The notes beneath the pieces were generated by a model. The model did not search any database and had not been told where the DNA came from. It saw only the letters and a program-made list of their open reading frames with translations. Positions 25,617 through 31,745 of a stretch of DNA of 64,000 bases are shown here, in pieces. Position numbers and translations under genes: made by a program. Numbering within the stretch: the stretch's first letter is position 1; each line of letters opens with the position of its first letter. The stretch spans positions 186,001 through 250,000 of the IMG/VR virus record IMGVR_UViG_3300049001_000044; one strand, written 5' to 3'.

Positions 25617-25745
25617 TGGTTGAGAATGTCTGGATTCGAACCAGATCCACGCCGATATGAGAGGATAACCAATCACAAGCCGGTTACGTAAGCAACAAAA
25701 ATTAGCGATCGATGTTTACGTGTGCTGCCATTACACCACATCTCA
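25617..25745 (-). ncRNA. Y4: CCA-ended tRNA body with a Y-like module replacing the anticodon loop
   Basis: Acceptor, D and T arms, CCA; insert GATCGC-TAATTTTT-GTTGC-TTAC-GTAAC-CG-GCTT-GTGATT-GG-TTATCC. Confidence 0.7.
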
Positions 25746-25805
25746 ATTGAACTTGCTGTGCTGCAAGAGATGATATTTTAACTTGAACTCTTGCAACTAA
25801 AAACT

Positions 25806-25944
25806 TGGTGGAGTTGGGTAGGATTCGAACCTACCTAAGCCAGAGGCGTCGCCTTTACATGGATAACCAATTACGAGGCGGTTGCATAACAACAAAAAGT
25901 TGTAATCGGGGATTTCGATGGGTTTTCCAATTCCCTACAACTCC
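25806..25944 (-). ncRNA. Y5: CCA-ended Tyr-like tRNA body with a Y-like module replacing the anticodon loop
   Basis: GGAGTTG/CAACTCC-A-CCA; insert CC-GATTAC-AACTTTTT-GTTGT-TAT-GCAAC-CG-CCTC-GTAATT-GG-TTATCC. Confidence 0.7.
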
Positions 25945-26072
25945 ATTCGCGTGAACATCTAGTAGTCCACTACCGATCAAAATCGTTACTGATGCCTGCC
26001 ACCATCGAGGGCGTCATTTCAGGCGAGCTCGCTATTAGCACGAGCTGGGCATTCTGTGCTGCAAGAGATGAT

Positions 26073-26102
26073 ATTTTATACCAACTGCTTGCAAATAAAA
26101 AC
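26073..26102 (-). promoter_or_regulatory. early-type promoter GTTTTT-N18-TAAAAT
   Basis: Near-duplicate of 25757-25804 (shared CTGTGCTGCAAGAGATGATATTTT). Confidence 0.6.
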
Positions 26103-26103
26103 T

Positions 26104-26180
26104 TGGTACCCACGGTGAGATTCGAACTCACATATCACAAGGATTAAGCTTGTTGCCGTTGCCAATTAGGCTACGTGGGC
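26104..26180 (-). tRNA. tRNA-Leu(UAA), short variable loop
   Basis: Loop CT-TAA-TC, A73, CCA. Confidence 0.8.
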
Positions 26181-26692
26181 AATGTTCTTCCACGCTTGAA
26201 TCCTTGGAACTGTTCGAATTGATCTGGTCTAATCAGCTTGTTGATTTTGCCGTCAGTTATCCAGAACTTGCCAAACTGCGGATTCTTGTCACCCAATCTT
26301 TTACCGACTTGGGCTTCGGAAACTTTCTTACGTTGCTCTTCAGTAAAGACATAGCCATGAACTGAATTTCTGATCTTGCTCTTGACCTCTTCGCTGTGGC
26401 TCTTGCCTTTGAAGTGTGGTCCACCTTCTCCTCCAACGCCAAGGTTGTAGGTATCAGATCGTTGAACAAAATCTTCAGTCACTAGCTCTTTCTCTTTGAG
26501 ATTCATTTCGTCCTCTGTGTCGAAGATGAAGAGAATCTCTTTCACGAAAGAGTCTTTACCGTATTTCTTGATCGCTGCATTCAGTGCTTTACCAGATCCA
26601 AAATACGAATCGTCAAGGTCAAGCGTCTGATGCTTACCAATGTAGAACTTACCGTTCGTAGTGTTGGTAATTTTGTAGATTGTGTAGAACAT
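26171..26692 (-). CDS. Seg-like GIY-YIG homing endonuclease with NUMOD3 motif
   Basis: TIYKITNTTNGKFYIGKH...YFGSG...E...YN; FKGKSHSEEVKSKI; start at 26692, TAG stop. Confidence 0.85.
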   Translation of the reverse strand: MFYTIYKITNTTNGKFYIGKHQTLDLDDSYFGSGKALNAAIKKYGKDSFVKEILFIFDTEDEMNLKEKELVTEDFVQRSDTYNLGVGGEGGPHFKGKSHSEEVKSKIRNSVHGYVFTEEQRKKVSEAQVGKRLGDKNPQFGKFWITDGKINKLIRPDQFEQFQGFKRGRTLPT

Positions 26693-26704
26693 AAAAGCAC
26701 TCAG

Positions 26705-26778
26705 TAGCGGGTAATGGATTCGAACCAATGATTTCCGGCTTATGAGACCGACGAGATAGACCACTTCTCTAACCCGCA
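26705..26778 (-). tRNA. tRNA(CAU), Met or Ile2 class, no encoded CCA
   Basis: Loop CT-CAT-AA, 1:72 mismatch. Confidence 0.75.
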
Positions 26779-26794
26779 ACTGAATACTCTCAAA

Positions 26795-26878
26795 TGGTAC
26801 CTCGGGTGGGATTCGAACCCACAAGGGTCTTGCTTCTAAGGCAAGTAGCTGTACCAGATTTACATTAACCACCGAGGC
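26795..26878 (-). tRNA. tRNA-Leu(UAG), short variable region
   Basis: Loop CT-TAG-AA, A73, CCA. Confidence 0.78.
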
Positions 26879-26880
26879 AT

Positions 26881-26959
26881 TGGTACCCAAGGACGGATTC
26901 GAACCGACAGATCACCGAGGTTTGAGCTCAGTAGCTTTACCAATTTGCGTAACTTGGGC
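26881..26959 (-). tRNA. tRNA-Leu(CAA), short variable region
   Basis: Loop CT-CAA-AC, A73, CCA. Confidence 0.8.
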
Positions 26960-26963
26960 AATG

Positions 26964-27084
26964 AATGAAACGAAAGTGAAAGTCGGTAAACCTCTTTCGA
27001 GGGTGTCGGACTTCGATGTCCGCTCTAGCGAGCCGAATAAGATCGGCAGCATTAACCCGATAACCAACAATCTACGGTTTCATT
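26964..27084 (-). ncRNA. Y RNA-like element Y6 with three internal hairpins
   Basis: AATGAAAC-CG...GTT-GG-TTATC...CC-GAC-TTTCACTTTC-GTTTCATT. Confidence 0.6.
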
Positions 27085-27241
27085 ATCACTATTAAGTCCA
27101 ATCCTATTAAGTGATCAATATAGGATTAAGAGAGATTTGGGAGATGCTCCTCTCTCAGTTGCCGATTTCCATTCCCACCGTCAAAGACGTTCAGCGTGAT
27201 GTTTCCATCTAGATAAACCCTCTTTCGAAGATGCATTTAGA

Positions 27242-27314
27242 TGGAGCGGGTGAAGGGATTCGAACCCTCTCCGACAGCTTGGAAGGCTGTGTCCTCTCCC
27301 AGGAGAACACCCGC
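27242..27314 (-). tRNA. tRNA-Gly(UCC)
   Basis: Loop CT-TCC-AA, U73, CCA. Confidence 0.85.
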
Positions 27315-27316
27315 GG

Positions 27317-27387
27317 TGGTGGACCGTAAGGGACTCGAACCCTTCCTACCGCAGTGCAAGTGCAGTGTCTACCCCTGTAGACAGCCC
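27317..27387 (-). tRNA. tRNA-Ala(UGC), compact D arm
   Basis: G3-U70, loop CT-TGC-AC, CCA. Confidence 0.75.
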
Positions 27388-27390
27388 ATA

Positions 27391-27514
27391 AACAAACAAA
27401 AGTAATTGAAGGAGTTGCTCTCGTCCAACTTCATGAGAGCTACTAGATTTCTCTAGTAATGGATTCGAACCATGTCATTCTTAAGCAAGGATAACCTTCA
27501 ATAAACGGTTTGTT
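27391..27514 (-). ncRNA. YrlA-like element Y7 (T-AS-D permuted tRNA domain)
   Basis: Y stem, then ATGG-TTCGAAT-CCAT, TACTAGA-GAAA-TCTAGTA and GCTCTC/GAGAGC hairpins. Confidence 0.75.
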
Positions 27515-27529
27515 GGTGAAACATAAACT

Positions 27530-27605
27530 TGGTGGAGGATATCGGTTTCGAACCGATCACCTCATGCTTGCAAAGCACGCGCTCTCCCAAATGAGCTAAT
27601 CCCCC
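27530..27605 (-). tRNA. tRNA-Ala(UGC)
   Basis: G3-U70, loop TT-TGC-AA, CCA. Confidence 0.9.
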
Positions 27606-27666
27606 ATACGTATAAGACGACATATCCGACTCTGAAGACCGGCTGTGGGACCTTATACTTGAAAAT

Positions 27667-27742
27667 TGGAGCGGGTAAGGGGACTCGAACCCCTGACATC
27701 TTCCTTGGCAAGGAAGTGCTCTACCAACTGAGCTACACCCGC
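27667..27742 (-). tRNA. tRNA-Gly(GCC)
   Basis: Loop TT-GCC-AA, U73, CCA. Confidence 0.92.
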
Positions 27743-27746
27743 ATAA

Positions 27747-27891
27747 GCAACAAAGGAGCGATAACGAAGATACCCTTTCGGGTGGACCGGCGCGTCTACC
27801 ATTCCGCCATCACCAAATTTCTTCGGTGAGAGGGACTCGAACCCTCACGTCTTGCGACACCTGTTTGAGATAATCATTATCTATCGGTTGC
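27747..27891 (-). ncRNA. YrlA-like element Y8 (permuted tRNA-Leu-like domain)
   Basis: Y stem with GA/TC covariation; Leu-type variable arm, T-arm, loop-capped acceptor stem, D arm TGGCGGAATGGTAGACGCG. Confidence 0.75.
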
Positions 27892-28140
27892 AAAGTTTAT
27901 TGCTGATAATTTGAAGTAGTTTCCCGTTAGTAGTCTTAGGTCCGCTTAGGACTGCTTTTCCGCTTCCACACTTCTAGTAAGTATTGTGGAGATACGGTAA
28001 TTGCACTTAGACTCCCCGTTTAACTAGAGATCACTCAGAGTACTCTACCGGGTCTACATCAAACCATCAAGTAGCAACCCTGGCTGCCGCCAACTCCATA
28101 CTGGTATAAGAGAGTCAGACTTTTCAAGGAAGCTACTTGA

Positions 28141-28215
28141 TGGTGGTCCCTGTAGGGATTGAACCTACGACCTTATCCGTGTAAGGGATCTGCTCTACCG
28201 CTGAGCTAAGGGACC
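28141..28215 (-). tRNA. tRNA-Val(UAC)
   Basis: Loop CT-TAC-AC, CCA. Confidence 0.92.
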
Positions 28216-28387
28216 AAAAAGAATTCCAAATTGTAGAAGAACAATTTGGTAGAGAAGTCATTATAACTCTTTACCAACTTATCGAAAACTCGTTGTGGTC
28301 TTCGATGAAGAAAAGTGTTCGACTGGATAACGAACTTCACCCCAGCTCCCCAACACTTTCTACTGCTGTGCAATTTGGTATAAGAGA

Positions 28388-28417
28388 ATTATATCAAATT
28401 GCCTTACTGCTAAAAAC
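28388..28417 (-). promoter_or_regulatory. early-type promoter GTTTTT-N18-TATAAT at the head of the tRNA cluster
   Basis: Repeated motif. Confidence 0.7.
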
Positions 28418-28422
28418 TAAAA

Positions 28423-28448
28423 AGGGACTCGGCTTTCGCGGAGTCCCT
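28423..28448 (-). terminator. intrinsic terminator
   Basis: AGGGACTC/GAGTCCCT stem followed by a T tract on the minus strand. Confidence 0.55.
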
Positions 28449-28643
28449 AGAGAAATTCTTTACTTCAGAACTTAACTAGGACTCTTTACTCCAGGGGCCG
28501 ACAGCACGCTACCCGCCGCAGGAACTGCAGGGAGATAGTATGATGTGGACAGAAGTAATGAAGCCATGTTCTCCTCGACTAAGTCGATAAAAGTTTAACT
28601 GATGTAGGTATATATAGGTTTGCCGAGAATCGACGCAACCTGA

Positions 28644-29201
28644 TTACCAAGCGTTGTCGCTAGTAGGCGTGTCATCGCTGACACGTTCAATAGTGATTAG
28701 TTGGTCTTCTTCACCAAGTTCAATCTTGTCGCCAACTACCATGGCTTTGATTTGAGCACGCTCTGCCCTATCAAAGCCACCATCGCCACTGAACCAGCGG
28801 AACGGCACAATGAGAGTCTGTCCCTTGCGAACACCGAACTTCATGTTTGGCCATTGAAGTTTGTACATTTGCTCACCATGGTCCTCTGTCACTTTTGCAC
28901 CAGCTTCGAACTTGTCAGCGATCTCATCAGCGAAGTGCTCAAGACCCACTGGCTTCAGAACACGCATAAGGTCTTCGCGTGAGTAGTCTTCGTCGAACTT
29001 CACAGCTCGCTTGATTTCCCACATGTAGACATCAGGGATGTTCATCGACTGCGCGATCTTCAGGATGTCGTTCTTTTCCATCTTGACCGGGTTCTCAAGC
29101 AGCTTGCGCAGTGTACCCTTCAGATGTTGGTGGATATCGAGCGACGCTTCATCAAGATGACCATTGATGAAGTTATTGATTAGAGATTTGATATGAGACA
29201 T
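28644..29201 (-). CDS. putative head internal protein with gp67-like N-terminus
   Basis: MSHIKSLINNFING...LDIH; N-terminus paralogous to 29212 and 37165. Confidence 0.65.
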   Translation of the reverse strand: MSHIKSLINNFINGHLDEASLDIHQHLKGTLRKLLENPVKMEKNDILKIAQSMNIPDVYMWEIKRAVKFDEDYSREDLMRVLKPVGLEHFADEIADKFEAGAKVTEDHGEQMYKLQWPNMKFGVRKGQTLIVPFRWFSGDGGFDRAERAQIKAMVVGDKIELGEEDQLITIERVSDDTPTSDNAW

Positions 29202-29211
29202 TCATCTCTCC

Positions 29212-29673
29212 TTAGATGACAGCGTGGCCGACTTTACCCCACACGTGCGATGCTGCATCCTCTACACTCTTCGCGTCGCCGCCATTGAAGGTCAGCTTGA
29301 AGCGCTCGGTAGTTGGGCGAGTACGGGCGTCACCTGGATATGCTTCGACAGAAACGTGAGTGATAGTTGCGGTGCCAGTGTCGTCAAGACCTTCACCAGA
29401 AACGACCATGCGGTAGTGATCACCATCATCGCCAATCACGTATGCTTCGGCGTGACCTTCATCGACGTCTTGCACTTCTGCTTCAAAGCCTGCTACCTTG
29501 GTGATTGCTTCGAAGAAAGCTTCACCGTTGTTGCCTTCGAATTCTTCTTTGACGGTCTGTGGTCCCTTCAGGGCTACTTGCAGAGCGCCTTTCATGTGGG
29601 TGTGCAGATCCAAACCTGCTTCATCAGTGCGTCCATTGATGAAGTTGTTGATTAGGGATTTGATGTGGCTCAT
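29212..29673 (-). CDS. putative head internal protein with gp67-like N-terminus
   Basis: MSHIKSLINNFING...LDLH; late-type motif at 29700-29706. Confidence 0.65.
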   Translation of the reverse strand: MSHIKSLINNFINGRTDEAGLDLHTHMKGALQVALKGPQTVKEEFEGNNGEAFFEAITKVAGFEAEVQDVDEGHAEAYVIGDDGDHYRMVVSGEGLDDTGTATITHVSVEAYPGDARTRPTTERFKLTFNGGDAKSVEDAASHVWGKVGHAVI

Positions 29674-29705
29674 AGGAGTCTCCTTATTTGTTAACAGCCT
29701 ATTTA

Positions 29706-29912
29706 TTAGCCGTTCAGATGATCATTCAGCGTCTCAATCATCGCCTCTACTTCGATGCGTCTGATCATGAGATTCTGAACGGCTTGAGAAGTTGGTTGCG
29801 CGCCGTAGGTACGGTTGAAGTACATGTCTTTCGACAGACGGCCCAGGGTCATGTTGATTAGCTTGAGCTCGTCTTGGAGTTTGTCGAGATGTTCGTGAGA
29901 GAATACGTTCAT
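29706..29912 (-). CDS. small hypothetical protein
   Basis: Likely start MNVFSHEH. Confidence 0.5.
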   Translation of the reverse strand: MNVFSHEHLDKLQDELKLINMTLGRLSKDMYFNRTYGAQPTSQAVQNLMIRRIEVEAMIETLNDHLNG

Positions 29913-29913
29913 G

Positions 29914-30537
29914 CTAAAACTGGGGATGGAACCAGTCGGGCGGATCGGTTTTCGTCCACTTAGCGAAGCGAGCTTTGTCACGATTGTAGAGATAGCGGTA
30001 CGCAGCGACATGGTCAGATTGTTTGTAGGCGTTGGGCATCGCGAGCGGAGGATCCGTCCACGGTGTTCCCCTCGGGAGATTCTTAGGAAGTTGCTCAAGG
30101 AGAGGGAGGAGCTTTTCAACGCCATGAATCTTCTCATAGCGCTTCGTGTACTCCCTCAGCATAGCGCGCAACAGTTGGAAATGCCACTCGTACTGCAACT
30201 CACCTTGCATCGACCATGTGCAACAGGGATGATTGAGATGGGTGGCAGCGTAGAGTGTGAACCCACGTGGGTGAGTATAGTGAGGACGAAGACGAGGGCC
30301 TCTCTCATTATCGAGAATCCATCCCATCTTGATGTCCTCATCTGGTAGCACCCACATTTTCTTCTTTCGATCCCTATCTTGTTCGTCCCAAAACTCATAG
30401 AGTAGGTACTCGCCATCAAGGAAGCGATGGGCGCATGAAAGAAGCTGCGCGGATTCGGTAGGCATCTTGACGATGTGTTTGTCAATCATTGCCCTTGCAG
30501 CTTCTTCTGGATCTCTGTCGAGAAAAAAGATGTTCAT
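29914..30537 (-). CDS. pyrimidine-dimer DNA glycosylase / endonuclease V family protein
   Basis: MNIFFLD...DKHIVKM..ESAQLLS...THLNHPC..W...EY..RY.K.H; TAG stop. Confidence 0.8.
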   Translation of the reverse strand: MNIFFLDRDPEEAARAMIDKHIVKMPTESAQLLSCAHRFLDGEYLLYEFWDEQDRDRKKKMWVLPDEDIKMGWILDNERGPRLRPHYTHPRGFTLYAATHLNHPCCTWSMQGELQYEWHFQLLRAMLREYTKRYEKIHGVEKLLPLLEQLPKNLPRGTPWTDPPLAMPNAYKQSDHVAAYRYLYNRDKARFAKWTKTDPPDWFHPQF

Positions 30538-30626
30538 CAGGAAACTCTCATCGCAACACAATCGATTTATTGTACATTGACTTGAGTCAAAAGTAAACAT
30601 TGAAAGGACCTCGGGTCCTTTCATTT

Positions 30627-30917
30627 TCAGCAATAGTCCCAGACTTGGCGAGGTCGTTGGAACTGAATTTCGTAGTCAGGATCTTTCAGCCATTTGATGA
30701 CTTCCAAGTCGTACTTACGTCGCTTGGTGCGGTTAGCAGGCTCCATCGGCTCGCAGTAGAAGTACTGAAAGCTCAAGTGCCTTGTCATCATATCCGAGTG
30801 GAAGCGCCACTTAGGAATGGTGTAATCCTTATGTGGCGTGGTGATGAAGTCCTTGTACGAGTAGTGACGCTTGCCTTGTTGGCGCTGATTCTTGGTGCGA
30901 CGGATGGTACGAGACAT
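30627..30917 (-). CDS. basic hypothetical protein
   Basis: MSRTIRR start with GGAG RBS. Confidence 0.65.
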   Translation of the reverse strand: MSRTIRRTKNQRQQGKRHYSYKDFITTPHKDYTIPKWRFHSDMMTRHLSFQYFYCEPMEPANRTKRRKYDLEVIKWLKDPDYEIQFQRPRQVWDYC

Positions 30918-30977
30918 GATGTGCTCCTTTTGGTGGGTAACACAATCGCGTCTGCTTTTCCTTGTAGTGGTAGGTAC

Positions 30978-31745
30978 TCATCGAGCCCTTAGTTCGTTGT
31001 TTAGTAGGATGGTTTGTTCGAGCAAAGTAAGTTCACCCTTCGCATCCTCAGCCAGTGCCTTCGTATCCTTTGGGAAGCAAGTCCCTGCAAAGCCCAAGCC
31101 ATGTTCGCCTGGTGCACGAAGGTGACTCTTACCGACTCTTCCTTCAAGCGCAAGGACATCCGCGACGTTGTCCCATTCCACCCCAATACTCTCAGCGAAG
31201 ATGGACATTTGGTGCATGAACAGAACTTTCGTTGCTAGGAACGTATTGACGGTGTATTTGAAAAGACTGGCTTCTTTGGGCGTGACATGACGAATCAACT
31301 GAGGAATGATCTCAATGCTCGTACATTCCATTATAAATTGTTGCACGTCGGCAAAAATCTCTTTGTCCTTCGCGCCTACAACGATGAGCGAAGGCTGGCG
31401 CATGTCTTGCTTGGCGTGTCTCTCACGCAATAGCTCAGGCCAAATGACAGTCGATGGACGCACTTCCATTATCTTATCGATAGTGGAAGGAGGAATGGTA
31501 CTCTTCACTATCACAACGCAGTTATAGCTCACAAGACGCTCTATGTAGTGCATGACGATGCTGTCATCACACCCTTCGACAGTGGTAGGAGTAGGCACGC
31601 AGATGAAGATAGTGGTAGGGTTCATGCTCATCAGGGTGTCAAAATCAATACCCCTTTCGCAGGCAAAATCTACTACTTGGAAGTTATCCTGTAAGACAGA
31701 CCCTAAGGCCTGCCCTACAAAACCATAACCGATAATTCCGATCAT
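30978..31745 (-). CDS. UDP-glucose/GDP-mannose dehydrogenase family (N-terminal and central domains only)
   Basis: GIIGYGFVG, ICVPTP, IKSTIPP, PE.LRE, K...N...A and GFAGTCFPKD motifs. Confidence 0.85.
   Translation of the reverse strand: MIGIIGYGFVGQALGSVLQDNFQVVDFACERGIDFDTLMSMNPTTIFICVPTPTTVEGCDDSIVMHYIERLVSYNCVVIVKSTIPPSTIDKIMEVRPSTVIWPELLRERHAKQDMRQPSLIVVGAKDKEIFADVQQFIMECTSIEIIPQLIRHVTPKEASLFKYTVNTFLATKVLFMHQMSIFAESIGVEWDNVADVLALEGRVGKSHLRAPGEHGLGFAGTCFPKDTKALAEDAKGELTLLEQTILLNNELRAR

Noticed and set aside
25617-25944. Group I or group II introns in the anticodon loops of Y4 and Y5
   Set aside because: The inserts are only about 50-60 nt with no P7 or domain V core. Removing them does not restore a well-paired anticodon stem, and the same module occurs free-standing.
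24087-27095. Short tracked ORFs overlapping tRNA genes, including the 5' extension of the GIY-YIG ORF to 26890
   Set aside because: They overlap well-formed tRNA and ncRNA genes; the endonuclease more plausibly starts at MFYTIY (26692).
24961-27891. Known self-cleaving ribozyme (hammerhead, twister, pistol, HDV/theta) or integron attC identity for the repeated motif
   Set aside because: The catalytic core sequences and the RYYYAAC/GTTRRRY consensus do not match by eye. A self-cleavage assay would be needed to exclude this fully.
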